Translations under genes and position numbers: made by a program
In this document: in pieces, positions 9,227 to 18,562 of the stretch
Position numbering within the stretch: the stretch's first letter is position 1
Layout of the letters: each line of letters begins with the position of its first letter
Source: Gemmatimonadota bacterium
Lineage (GTDB): Bacteria > Gemmatimonadota > Gemmatimonadetes > Palauibacterales > Palauibacteraceae
Length of the DNA: 64,000 nucleotides
NCBI GenBank assembly: GCA_021295785.1
Contig: JAGWBR010000013.1
Span: 331 to 64,330 of the forward strand
Direction: 5' to 3'
The notes under the pieces: generated by a model
The model's database searches: none
What the model was told of the DNA's origin: nothing
The model's input: the letters and a program-made list of their open reading frames with translations, nothing else

Positions 9227-9853
9227 GTGGCGCGGAAGGCAGAACCTCGGACAAGGCTGGTGAGATTGGCCAGGCAGAACACGACTCGGATCGAACGGAC
9301 CCTGGAGCTCTTTGAGGCGGCACGATTGCCGCTCTTCACGGTTTTGAACGGCGTATCGCGGAAGACCCTGGACTGGAACCCCGCACCGGAGAAGCGCGGG
9401 ATCGGGAAGATCTGCCGACATTTGTTCCGGGTCGATGTGTGGTTCCTGAAGCGGCTGGGGATCACCCCGGTAATTTCTCGGGACGCTCCGGGTTCGGCCG
9501 AAGAGATCGCCGGCCGCATGCGGCTGATCCAGGAACAGATCATCTCCGAGGTGTCGGGCTGCGCCGATGATGCAGACCTGATGCGGGACCGGGTCTCGCT
9601 GGAAGGCGAGGTCGCTGGTGCCAGGCTGGGCCCCGACGTGGTCCACATCGCCCAGCACTACTTGTATCATCTTGCGCAGATCGTCTCGCTCCGCCGGATC
9701 CGCGAACCCGAATGGCCGGCCCCGCTGGACGAGTGGGATGCGGCCACCAGGGTGATTGAGAACCAGATTCTGCAGCCGGTCGCCGCGTCCCCGGACCCAG
9801 ATCCCGAACAGGCTTCGGACGCCGCCCGCGCCTGCGCCACGGAGCTAGCCTAA
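9227..9853 (+). CDS. DinB-superfamily (four-helix-bundle, metal-dependent) protein
   Basis: His-containing helices typical of DinB/DinB_2 are present (CRHLFRVDVWFLKRLG and HIAQHYLYHLAQIVSLRR). GTG start lies 17 nt after the preceding stop. Confidence 0.7.
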   Translation: MARKAEPRTRLVRLARQNTTRIERTLELFEAARLPLFTVLNGVSRKTLDWNPAPEKRGIGKICRHLFRVDVWFLKRLGITPVISRDAPGSAEEIAGRMRLIQEQIISEVSGCADDADLMRDRVSLEGEVAGARLGPDVVHIAQHYLYHLAQIVSLRRIREPEWPAPLDEWDAATRVIENQILQPVAASPDPDPEQASDAARACATELA

Positions 9854-10013
9854 CGACGTGTACTGGCTCCCCTGGACGCTCTCATGTTTGTCAAGTGGCT
9901 GATGGGCGGTGAGGACGCGGTAGGTCTCACGGGCCACGTAGCGCTTCAGGCAGCGCATCACCTCGCGTTTGGACAGCCTCTTCCCCGGTGCGCCGCTCGA
10001 CGTAGGGCCTACC
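9845..10013 (-). pseudogene. Relic of the 3' end of an IS110-family transposase gene
   Basis: The minus ORF contains GKRLSKREVMRCLKRYVARETYRVL, the conserved C-terminal tail of IS110/IS116/IS902-type transposases. The adjacent PYVERRTGE is in a different frame, so there is a frameshift. The roughly 300 upstream codons are missing. The relic is wedged between the 3' ends of two convergent genes. Confidence 0.7.
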
Positions 10014-10805
10014 TCACTGACGCAGAAGGATGAACCGCCTGTGAAGGGGCTCAACCGGCCGCGCGTTCATCGGATACAGCGCCGCGAAGGCATCGACCTG
10101 AGACTGGGACACCGAGATCGACTCGGTCATCACTACCCAGCTCACTACCTCGGAGCAGGGAGGAGTTGTCAGGGAGCCGGCGTACCGGAAAAAGCTGCTT
10201 GCTTCCGGCAGGAAAGCAGTCGGGTCGAGCCCGGTGAGCGGCGAAGACGAGGCTCCGCCACCTGGGATGGCATCCCATATGCTCTGGGTGGTGGCATGGG
10301 CATCGCCCACATCCATGAAGACGCCGATCACCGCAAGGTCGCCCTCCTCAGCCTGATGCACAAAATGCACCTCCATGGGCGAGCTCGTCCCCTCGGCCGT
10401 GTGTTCGCTCGGCAGATGGAAGTGAAACTGTAGGAGGGCGAACTGCCGGCCTTCCAGCGTAATCGAACTCCCTTCGGCCATGTTGACCTGAATGGTGTGC
10501 CCGTTGTCCACCACCTGTGCCTCCGCCGGCTGCCACTGGATTTCCAGCCCATTCCCACCAACGGAAATCGCACCCGTCAGATCGATCGGGGACTGTTGTA
10601 CACCGGCGTCACAGGCCGCGAAGGCCGGGTCCAGTTGCCCCCACACTTCAGTGCCGGTGTCACCTTCATAGCTCCAGTGCACTTCGCCCTGCCCTCCGCC
10701 CTGTCCATGCTCCACGTGAGCCTCCTCCGGTGCCTCCGGCCGGCAGCCGTACGACGCGACGATAAGGTGGCTCATCACCAAGCCGCTAAGTGTAACAAGT
10801 CGCAT
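10014..10805 (-). CDS. Alpha-class carbonic anhydrase, secreted
   Basis: Alpha-CA hallmarks are present: HWSY, QSPIDL, GHTIQV, QFHFHLPSEH, EVHFVH (three zinc His) and GSLTTPPCSE. There is an N-terminal signal sequence with Cys. Confidence 0.93.
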   Translation of the reverse strand: MRLVTLSGLVMSHLIVASYGCRPEAPEEAHVEHGQGGGQGEVHWSYEGDTGTEVWGQLDPAFAACDAGVQQSPIDLTGAISVGGNGLEIQWQPAEAQVVDNGHTIQVNMAEGSSITLEGRQFALLQFHFHLPSEHTAEGTSSPMEVHFVHQAEEGDLAVIGVFMDVGDAHATTQSIWDAIPGGGASSSPLTGLDPTAFLPEASSFFRYAGSLTTPPCSEVVSWVVMTESISVSQSQVDAFAALYPMNARPVEPLHRRFILLRQ

Positions 10806-10896
10806 TGATCCCTCCGTCTTCGATCCCGAGTCTATCCCTGGCTGCCCCTGGCAAGCAGACGAAATCCCGTAGCGGGGTCGTTAAAGTACGGTACAC

Positions 10897-11568
10897 TCAG
10901 CGATTGGCAACGCTCGGTGAAGTGGTCCCGGCCAGAGCGCACCTGTAGTAATGCCACACCAACCGGGCCGCCACCGCCCGCCGGGGCCGCCACCGGTCGC
11001 CTGTACGGGCCAGGTGCACGGCGTCGGCGTCGGGCAGGAGCCCGGCGATACCCTTGAGCAAGGCCAGATCGCCCGACGGCCAGACGTCCATCCTCTTGAG
11101 GGCGGACATCAGATACAGGGAAGCGCTCCACGGCCCGATTCCCGGCTGGGCCTGGAGCGCGGTGGCGGCCTCGTCATCGTCCAGCCTTGCGAGTCCGGCC
11201 ACTGAGAACCGGCGTTCGGTGACGGCGCGGGCCAACGAGTGGCAGTAACGCGCCTTTTGCCGGCTCAGTCCCATGGCACGCAGCCCGCTCTCGCCCGCCG
11301 ACGCCACCCGCCCTGCCGTCAGCGCCCCCAGCCCGCGGCGCATCCGGCGGTACACTGTGTTCGCGGCCGCTACCGAGATCTGTTGCTCGATGATGATGCG
11401 GAACAGGGTGTCTACACCTGCCGGGCGAGTCCAAAAAGGCGGCAGTCCCCAGCGGTCCAGCACGAACCCGAATTCGTCGAAGTCCCGCGCAAGGTCTCTG
11501 GCGCGGGCGGGGAAGGTCCGGGCGGTGAGGGGCTCGTGAAGACGGCCCGAACTAGCCTGGGTAGTCAA
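10897..11568 (-). CDS. DNA-3-methyladenine glycosylase II family (HhH-GPD, AlkA-like)
   Basis: The helix-hairpin-helix LQAQPGIGPWSASLYL is followed by the catalytic-Asp segment WPSGDLALLKG. Confidence 0.85.
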   Translation of the reverse strand: MTTQASSGRLHEPLTARTFPARARDLARDFDEFGFVLDRWGLPPFWTRPAGVDTLFRIIIEQQISVAAANTVYRRMRRGLGALTAGRVASAGESGLRAMGLSRQKARYCHSLARAVTERRFSVAGLARLDDDEAATALQAQPGIGPWSASLYLMSALKRMDVWPSGDLALLKGIAGLLPDADAVHLARTGDRWRPRRAVAARLVWHYYRCALAGTTSPSVANR

Positions 11569-11656
11569 ACCTCAGTAGAAATGTCCGGAGTTTGTTCAGA
11601 GTAGGGCGGGGCGCGAAAAACATATGTCGGCGGGGAAGGGGTTGCGCGACGCCTGA

Positions 11657-14281
11657 ATGCGCTCGCCGGTTTCGACACCTTGGCTTGAAATCCGTAATTT
11701 GCCCATGAACAACGCCCCCACTACCCACCCCGCCCCTCGTATGCCCGGGAGGTCAGCAATCGTGCATCGTTTCCGTCTCGCCTTCCTCCTGTCCGCGCTG
11801 CCGGCCGCGACCGCGGGTGCCGCCGCGCCGTCAGCCGCCTCGGCTCCCGTTTCGACCGGCCAGGATGCCCTCGCGGCCCTCCCGGCGCCGACGCCGCAGG
11901 CTGCCGCGATTTCAGTGCCCGGACTTGATCAGCCGGTGGAGATAATCCGCGACCACTGGGGCATAAACCACATATACGCGCAGACGGAACACGACCTCTT
12001 TTTTGCCCAGGGGTACGCGGCCGCTCGCGATCGGCTGTTCCAGTTTGAGGTGTGGAGGGCGCAGGCTACCGGCACGGTGGCCGAGATGCTGGGTCCCGAT
12101 GAGATCGAACGCGATGTCGGATTCCGGCTTTTTCGCTTCCGGGGTGACATGACCCAGGAGATGAACCACTACCACGACCGCGGGGCCGAGATTATTCCCG
12201 CTTACGTGGAAGGGGTGAACGCTTACATCGCCGAAACTGAAGCTAACCCCGACCTCTTGCCCGTCGAGTTTCACCTCCTCGGGATCCGCCCCAGGCGATG
12301 GACTCCGGAAGTAGTGGTTTCGCGGCACCAGGGCCTGTTGGGAAACATCCGCGCAGAGCTCGGCTACGGGCGGGCGGTCGCCGCGGCGGGTCCCGACGCG
12401 GTCAAGCAGGCGGCAAGTTTTCACCCGGGTGACCCGGACATCGTTCTGGACCCGGCGATCGACGGGTCGCTGCTCAGCCAAGACATTCTGCGCATCTACA
12501 ACGCCTTTCGGAGGCCGGTCCAATTCAGGCGGGAACACTTGCAGCCGGAGTTCCGGGTCGATGAGGGGGCGCTGGACCAATTGAAGGCGTCAAACGCGGC
12601 CCTGCGGGTTGGCCGGGACACCTGGCCGGCCGGCCACGCGGGCGGCACGGACTTCAACCCGGAAGACATCGGGTCCAACAACTGGGTCGTGAGCGGTCGT
12701 CTCAGCCAGAGCGGCTACCCCCTCATGGCCAACGACCCGCACCGGGCACAGTCCATCCCGTCTCTGCGGTACTGGGTGCACCTGGTGGGGCCGGGCTGGA
12801 ACGTGATTGGCGGCGGCGAGCCGGAGATTCCCGGGGTCAGCATCGGCCACAATGGGCACGGCGCATGGGGTCTCACCGTTTTTCAGACGGACGGAGAAGA
12901 CCTGTACGTATACGAGACTCACCCCGACGATCCTCAGCGTTACCGTTACAAGGGTGGATGGGAGTCCATGGCCGTGATCACCGAAGAGATTCCGGTGAAG
13001 GGGCAGCCCGCGGTCACGGCCGAACTCAAATACACGAGGCACGGTCCGGTGGTGTTTGAGGACCCGGACAACCGGGTTGCGTATGCGGTGAGGGCCGCAT
13101 GGCTTGAGCCGGGTGGAGCGCCCTATCTGGCAAGTTTGCGGATGGACCAGGCGAAGACCTGGGAAGAGTTTGTCGAGGCGTGCAACTACTCCAACATTCC
13201 CGGTGAAAACATGGTGTGGGCCGACACGGACGGGAATATCGGGTGGCAGGCCGTCGGCATCGCACCGATCCGCCGAAACTGGTCCGGCCTGGTACCGGTT
13301 CCCGGCGACGGGCGTTACGAGTGGGACGGCTATTTGCCCATCAAGGCGAAGCCCAGTGCGGTCAACCCCGAAGCGGGGTATTTCGTCACCGCCAACAACC
13401 ACCTTACGCCCGGCGACTATCCCCACATGGACGCGATCGGGTTCGAGTGGTCCGACCCCTACCGCTGGGCACGTGCCTCGGAGGTGCTGGGGTCGGGCAG
13501 ATTGCATTCAATGTCCGACATGATGGACCTGCAAACCGACTTGTTGTCGATTCCGGCGAGGCAGCTGGTTCCCATGCTGAGGCATGTCTCATCCGGACTG
13601 GAATCCGTCGAGATCGCCCGTTGGTGGTTGCTCGACTGGAACCATGTGCTGGACCCGTCTTCGGTCGCCGCCGGGATATACGTCGCGTTCGAGTCGCGGG
13701 TGCGCCGCAATGTGAATGACCTCGTTGTGCCCGAGTCAGTGCGGCCGTTCGTCAGGGGTATGGCGTTGGCCAGGGTCATGGATCACCTGGTCGCCCCGGG
13801 CGGAGAGTTCGGCCAGGATCCTCTGGCCAGCCGGGACGGGCTGCTGGTCCGGAGCCTGGAAGAGGCGGTTGAGGATCTCCGCGTCAAACTTGGCGATGAC
13901 ATGGCCAACTGGCGGTACGGCCAACCAAGCTACAAGCACGCCTCGCTAAGCCACCCGCTGGCAGCGATAGCTCCCCCCGAGGCGGCCCGCCGTTTCAGCA
14001 TCGGCCCGCATCCCCGAGGGGGCAACAGCTACACCCTCAACAACACGGGCGGGGGTGACAACCAGACTTCGGGGGCGTCATTCCGGATCATCGTTGACAC
14101 CGGTGACTGGGACCGCACGGTCGGATCCAACACACCGGGCCAATCTGGCGACCCGGAGTCGCCATTTTTCGACAACCTGTTTGAGTTGTGGGGGGACGAC
14201 CGCTACTTCCCGGTCTTCTATTCGCGCGAGCGAGTCGAGTCGGTGGCGGCCGAGCATCAAACGTTGGTCCCGCCCCGTTGA
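11657..14281 (+). CDS. Penicillin acylase / acyl-homoserine-lactone acylase family Ntn-hydrolase (S45), secreted
   Basis: The autoprocessing nucleophile motif GSNNWVVSG is present, and the length and layout fit the family. Signal peptide is RFRLAFLLSALPAATAGAAA. The start may instead be the ATG at 11705 or 11741. Confidence 0.9.
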   Translation: MRSPVSTPWLEIRNLPMNNAPTTHPAPRMPGRSAIVHRFRLAFLLSALPAATAGAAAPSAASAPVSTGQDALAALPAPTPQAAAISVPGLDQPVEIIRDHWGINHIYAQTEHDLFFAQGYAAARDRLFQFEVWRAQATGTVAEMLGPDEIERDVGFRLFRFRGDMTQEMNHYHDRGAEIIPAYVEGVNAYIAETEANPDLLPVEFHLLGIRPRRWTPEVVVSRHQGLLGNIRAELGYGRAVAAAGPDAVKQAASFHPGDPDIVLDPAIDGSLLSQDILRIYNAFRRPVQFRREHLQPEFRVDEGALDQLKASNAALRVGRDTWPAGHAGGTDFNPEDIGSNNWVVSGRLSQSGYPLMANDPHRAQSIPSLRYWVHLVGPGWNVIGGGEPEIPGVSIGHNGHGAWGLTVFQTDGEDLYVYETHPDDPQRYRYKGGWESMAVITEEIPVKGQPAVTAELKYTRHGPVVFEDPDNRVAYAVRAAWLEPGGAPYLASLRMDQAKTWEEFVEACNYSNIPGENMVWADTDGNIGWQAVGIAPIRRNWSGLVPVPGDGRYEWDGYLPIKAKPSAVNPEAGYFVTANNHLTPGDYPHMDAIGFEWSDPYRWARASEVLGSGRLHSMSDMMDLQTDLLSIPARQLVPMLRHVSSGLESVEIARWWLLDWNHVLDPSSVAAGIYVAFESRVRRNVNDLVVPESVRPFVRGMALARVMDHLVAPGGEFGQDPLASRDGLLVRSLEEAVEDLRVKLGDDMANWRYGQPSYKHASLSHPLAAIAPPEAARRFSIGPHPRGGNSYTLNNTGGGDNQTSGASFRIIVDTGDWDRTVGSNTPGQSGDPESPFFDNLFELWGDDRYFPVFYSRERVESVAAEHQTLVPPR

Positions 14282-14293
14282 TCTGACGGACCC

Positions 14294-14314
14294 CGGGCGT
14301 GACCTCAGCGCCCG
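14294..14314. terminator. GC-rich hairpin between convergent genes (possible bidirectional terminator)
   Basis: cgggcg (14294-14299) pairs with cgcccg (14309-14314) around a 9-nt loop. There is no T-tract, so the call is weak. Confidence 0.3.
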
Positions 14315-14327
14315 TGCCCGCCGCCCT

Positions 14328-15017
14328 TCACCCCTGGCCGAGGTCCACTATCCGGAGGTTGCGCCACCTCACCCTGATGCCCCCGCCGTCGTGAATCTGG
14401 AGGGCGATTGACCCGCGGGCCGCGCCGATCAACTCATCGTTCAGGTCGATCATGCGGACGCCGTTGAGCCAAGTCGTTACCCGCTCCCCGACAGCCCGGA
14501 CCCTGAGGGTGTTCCAGTCGCCCTCGCGCAGTACGGAGTCAAGCTCCGGGTCTGGTTGGACCAGCCAACCGCGGCCATAAGATTCGTAGATCCCGCCGGT
14601 AGCATTCCCCCGGGGAGCCACCTCGGCCTGCCATCCGCTCACGGTGGTCCCTTCCACACTGGACCGGAAGAAGACGCCGCTGTTGCCGTCGGCCTCTTGC
14701 CTGAATTCCATGCTCAGGTCGAAATCGGCGTAGGTGGCCTGGGTGGCCAGGTACCCGTATTGGGCGTCCGGCCCGCTCTCGCAGACCAGTTCGCCGCTTT
14801 CCACGTACCAACGTTCGGTCCCGTGCACTACCCAACCGTCCAGGTCGACCCCGTTGAACAACGAGACGGCGGAGCTTGCTGACCAAGTGGCGTCTGCAAT
14901 CTCGGCTTCCGCGGTTTCGGCGTCTTCGCCCGAACCCGACGTGCAGGCCCACGACAAGACGAGAATCGGCACGACCGCCGCAAGGAACAGGACGGGTCCG
15001 CGGCGCTGCCGCCTCAT
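14328..15017 (-). CDS. DUF1080 (3-keto-disaccharide hydrolase-like, concanavalin-type) secreted protein
   Basis: The family pattern is present: LFNGVDLDGW...W.VESGELVC...YADFDLSMEFR...NSGVFFRS...ALQIHDGG. There is a signal peptide with Cys. The start overlaps the upstream stop by 4 nt. Confidence 0.85.
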   Translation of the reverse strand: MRRQRRGPVLFLAAVVPILVLSWACTSGSGEDAETAEAEIADATWSASSAVSLFNGVDLDGWVVHGTERWYVESGELVCESGPDAQYGYLATQATYADFDLSMEFRQEADGNSGVFFRSSVEGTTVSGWQAEVAPRGNATGGIYESYGRGWLVQPDPELDSVLREGDWNTLRVRAVGERVTTWLNGVRMIDLNDELIGAARGSIALQIHDGGGIRVRWRNLRIVDLGQG

Positions 15018-16399
15018 CCCCGTAACCTCATGGCGCCGGGATCCCAGCGGACGATCCTGTCTTCAAAAAAACTCAGGTTGCACGCGAGTGCGGGAGCCGC
15101 CGCTCTGAGGCCAAACGTGGCGTCTTGGCGCACCGGCGGGCCTCCGCGCATTGCCTCGAAAAAGTTGAAGAAGTGATCGACGTGCGCGCCCCGGTACCCT
15201 CGTTCAACCTGGTAGCGGACCTCGGCGGGGGGCCTCATGCGCGATCTGGGCGGGAGCCCGCCGCCGTCGGCGGCAGCCGCCTCGGCGATCTTCTCCTGCG
15301 AGAAGGCGTCCATCGGGTCCACCGCGATGTTGTTGCGGAGCACGACTTCGGTCCAGGTCACGTCCATGGCTCCCTCGCTCCCGACCAGGCGCAGGAAAGT
15401 GCTCCCCGAGGTTCCGTCCACGAAGTTGACGCGCAGAGACAGGTTGAACCCGGGGTGGGTCTCGGTCTCGGGATAGTCGAACACGCCCAGCAGGACGTCG
15501 GGTACCTCGCGTCCGTCTTTCCAGTAGCGGAGGCCGCCTGCCGCCTGGATTCGCGTGGGACCAGGCGAGCTCACCACGAAATGCAGGCTCGAGAAGAGGT
15601 GTACGAAGAGGTCTCCCGCCACGCCGGTTCCGTAATCGCGGTAGTTGCGCCAGCGAAAAACGCGAAGGGGATCGTAGGGTCGGTCCGGGGCCGGTCCCAG
15701 AAACTGCGGCCAGTCGACGGTTTCTTCCGACGCGCCCTCGGGGATCGGATACTGCCAGGCACCGAGAGGGTCATTTCGCGCCCAGAAACCCTCTGCGTAG
15801 TTCAGTTCGCCGATAGCGCCGGCTTCGTAGAGGTCTCTGGCCTTCTCGTTGCCCAACGAGCTCATGCCCTGGCTGCCTACCTGCATGACCTGACTCGACT
15901 CCTGCTCGGCCCGAAGAAGTTCCTCGCCCTCGCCGATGTTGTGGACCATGGGTTTCTCGCAGTAAACCGACTTCCCGGCGCGAAGCGCGTCCACCGAAAT
16001 CGGCCTGTGCCAGTGATCGGGAGTCCCCACGATTACCGCGTCAACATCGGCCCGGTCCAGCACCTTCCGGTAATCGCGGGTCGTGAAGATTTGGCCGTGC
16101 CGTTCTTGGGCGGCCTCCAACCGCCCGTCGAATATGTCGCACGCCGCCACCAGTTCAACTCCCGGAATCTTGAGCGCTGTGTCGACATCGGCCATGCCCA
16201 TGCCGCCCGCGCCGATCACCGCGAGGCCAATCCGGTCGGACGGCGGGACAGTGCCCCGAATGGTGCGGGGGCCGCGGGCCAGAATCCTGGAGTCGGCGGT
16301 GGTACCCAGGCCCGGGAGCACAGCCGCGGCCGCGCCTCCCGCCAGGGCGGATTTGATGAAACGACGGCGGGTTGGGCGGGGGGGTTGAGTTGGGGGCAT
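15014..16399 (-). CDS. Gfo/Idh/MocA-family NAD(P)-dependent oxidoreductase with Tat signal
   Basis: MPPTQPPRPTRRRFIKSALAGGAAAAV carries a twin-arginine motif. The Rossmann motif is GLAVIGAGGMG. I chose the ATG at 16399; the track's extension to 16516 has no signal-peptide logic. Confidence 0.88.
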   Translation of the reverse strand: MPPTQPPRPTRRRFIKSALAGGAAAAVLPGLGTTADSRILARGPRTIRGTVPPSDRIGLAVIGAGGMGMADVDTALKIPGVELVAACDIFDGRLEAAQERHGQIFTTRDYRKVLDRADVDAVIVGTPDHWHRPISVDALRAGKSVYCEKPMVHNIGEGEELLRAEQESSQVMQVGSQGMSSLGNEKARDLYEAGAIGELNYAEGFWARNDPLGAWQYPIPEGASEETVDWPQFLGPAPDRPYDPLRVFRWRNYRDYGTGVAGDLFVHLFSSLHFVVSSPGPTRIQAAGGLRYWKDGREVPDVLLGVFDYPETETHPGFNLSLRVNFVDGTSGSTFLRLVGSEGAMDVTWTEVVLRNNIAVDPMDAFSQEKIAEAAAADGGGLPPRSRMRPPAEVRYQVERGYRGAHVDHFFNFFEAMRGGPPVRQDATFGLRAAAPALACNLSFFEDRIVRWDPGAMRLRG

Positions 16400-16648
16400 G
16401 TTCAGGTCGCTATCGCGGCTGGGGATCGGAGTCGAGGCGTCAAGATCTGCTTCATTTTCCGCCCGCGGCCGCCTTCCTGCCAGCCCCGCCGGCGGTCTTC
16501 CTGCCGCCCTGCCCACAAAGTGCCAGATTCGGAGCAGCGGAACAACGATGCGTTACTGTGGGGCATCGGTGTCAAACCGACCGTTACAAAGGCGCCCGGG
16601 CCGACCGACGAGACGGCGCGCGAAACCGACCGACGCAAGGGCAATCAC

Positions 16649-18427
16649 ATGGGCCATCCGAGCGAAAACCAACCCCCGTCCGGCTCAGGACTGCACCGCC
16701 GCGGCTTCGTCGCCGCGCTTTCCGCGCTCGCCGCCGGAGCCACGGTTGCTCCCGCCAGTCTGAAGGCCGACGAACGCCTCCGGCGGGCGCTCGGGACCGC
16801 CACCGAAGAGATCACCAAGGAGTCGATCCAGGCGGCGGCGGGCATCGCCGGGTTGGAGTTCACCGACGAAGAACTCGACCTGATGGTGGACGACCTGAAC
16901 AGCACCAGAGAGCGGTACCTGGAAATGCGTGAGGTTTCCATCCCCTATTCCACGCCTCCGGCGCTCCACTTCGACCCGATTCCCCCGGGTGTGCCGATGC
17001 CCGACGCACTGAGCAGCCGGGGAGAGGCCGGAATGCCCGGGATGCTCCGTTACACCAGGCCGCGGCGGCTGGCCGCCCCGGACAACATTGAAGAGATGGC
17101 GTTTTGGCCGGTGACTCATCTGGCGGAGGCGATCCGCAGTCGCCAGGTGACCTCAACCGCGCTGACCGAGATGTACCTGGACCGACTTCGCCGGCACGGG
17201 CCCACGTTGGAGTGCGTGATAACCCTGACCGAGGACCTTGCGATGCGGCAGGCGGCGCGGGCGGATTCCGAAATTGCGGCGGGCGGCTACCGCGGACCGC
17301 TGCACGGGATTCCGTGGGGTGCCAAGGACTTGCTGGCGGAGGACGAGTACAGGACCACCTGGGGTGCCAAGCCCTATGAAGAGCAACACCTGCGGCACGA
17401 TTCGACCGTCGGCCGCCGGCTGGAGGAGGCCGGCGCCGTGCTCGTGGCCAAGCTTACGCTTGGGGCGCTGGCGCAGGGCGACCGGTGGTACGGCGGACGT
17501 ACCAACAACCCGTGGAACCTGGAGCAGGGTTCAAGCGGCTCTTCGGCGGGCTCGGCCTCGTCGGTGGTAGCGGGTTTGGTCGGGTTCACCATAGGCAGCG
17601 AGACGCTCGGTTCGATTGTCTCCCCGTCAACACGGTGTGGCGCCTCGGGGCTGAGGCCGACATTTGGTACGGTAAGCCGTGCCGGCGCAATGACCCTGTC
17701 CTGGTCGATGGACAAGCTCGGCCCGATCTGCCGGAGCGCCGAAGACTGTGCGCTGGTGATGCACGCCGTCCACGGCGCAGACGGCCTGGACCCAACGGTG
17801 CGCGACGTGCCGTTCCACTGGGACGCCGACAGGCCGCTGTCCGAACTGAGGGTCGGCTACTACCAGTCCGCGTTTGAGGACCGCGAAGAAGACGAGGGCG
17901 CGGAATTCGACAGGGCCTCGCTGGAAGCGGTGCGGAGTCTGGGGGTTGACCCGATTCCCGTGGATGTGCCGGAAGACCTGCCCTACTCGGCCATGCGGAT
18001 TGTGCTGAGCGCAGAAGCGGGGGCTTCATTCGACGAGTTGAGTCGGTCAGGGCGGGACGATCTCATGGTCAGGCAGACCCGTGGCGGCTGGCCCAACACC
18101 TTCCGCAAGGCCCGGATGATTCCGGCCGTGGAGTACATCCAGGCCAACCGGCTGCGGACCATGGCGATGCAGCAGTTCGCCGCGGCGATGGAGGGCATCG
18201 ATGTGCTGGTGACACCCAGTTACGGCGGCCCGATTCTGCTGCTGACCAACCTGACCGGACATCCGCAGGTCGTTATCCCCAACGGGTACAGGGCGGAAGA
18301 CCAAACGCCGACCAGCGTCTCGTTCGTGGGCGGCTTGTTCAGAGACGCCGAGGCCCTGCGCCTGGCCCACGCAGTGCAGGGGGTTACGGATTTTCACCGA
18401 CAACGTCCCCCTGGTTTTGCAGTCTAA
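16649..18427 (+). CDS. Amidase-signature family enzyme with Tat signal
   Basis: MGHPSENQ...HRRGFVAALSALAAGATVAPA is a Tat-type signal. An amidase-signature Gly/Ser-rich block is present (QGSSGSSAGSASSVVAGLVGFTIGSETLGSIVSPS), with the Lys in WGAKDL. Track ORF 15125..18427 is this gene fused to an upstream antisense open frame. Confidence 0.88.
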   Translation: MGHPSENQPPSGSGLHRRGFVAALSALAAGATVAPASLKADERLRRALGTATEEITKESIQAAAGIAGLEFTDEELDLMVDDLNSTRERYLEMREVSIPYSTPPALHFDPIPPGVPMPDALSSRGEAGMPGMLRYTRPRRLAAPDNIEEMAFWPVTHLAEAIRSRQVTSTALTEMYLDRLRRHGPTLECVITLTEDLAMRQAARADSEIAAGGYRGPLHGIPWGAKDLLAEDEYRTTWGAKPYEEQHLRHDSTVGRRLEEAGAVLVAKLTLGALAQGDRWYGGRTNNPWNLEQGSSGSSAGSASSVVAGLVGFTIGSETLGSIVSPSTRCGASGLRPTFGTVSRAGAMTLSWSMDKLGPICRSAEDCALVMHAVHGADGLDPTVRDVPFHWDADRPLSELRVGYYQSAFEDREEDEGAEFDRASLEAVRSLGVDPIPVDVPEDLPYSAMRIVLSAEAGASFDELSRSGRDDLMVRQTRGGWPNTFRKARMIPAVEYIQANRLRTMAMQQFAAAMEGIDVLVTPSYGGPILLLTNLTGHPQVVIPNGYRAEDQTPTSVSFVGGLFRDAEALRLAHAVQGVTDFHRQRPPGFAV

Positions 18428-18492
18428 CACTAACTCTAACTCTAGTGTAGCTTTATTGTAGCTACTCACAGAGACTGCGGCGACTCGACCTT

Positions 18493-18521
18493 TTTACATG
18501 CCCGAACCACCCATTTGCTAT
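18493..18521 (+). promoter_or_regulatory. Candidate sigma70-type promoter (TTTACA-N17-TGCTAT)
   Basis: It sits in a locally AT-richer intergenic stretch about 45 nt upstream of the ATG at 18563. GGAGA lies 7 nt before that ATG. Confidence 0.35.
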
Positions 18522-18562
18522 CACCTACGTTGTTAGGAGATAATTCGAACCAGGAGACCCTC

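Noticed and set aside
15125-16648. First 508 codons of the 1100-aa plus-strand ORF 15125..18427.
   Set aside because: This stretch is antisense to the well-supported Gfo/Idh/MocA gene and translates to Arg/Gly/Pro-rich sequence without motifs. The real gene (amidase) starts at the ATG at 16649 with a Tat signal. Long antisense open frames are expected in high-GC DNA.
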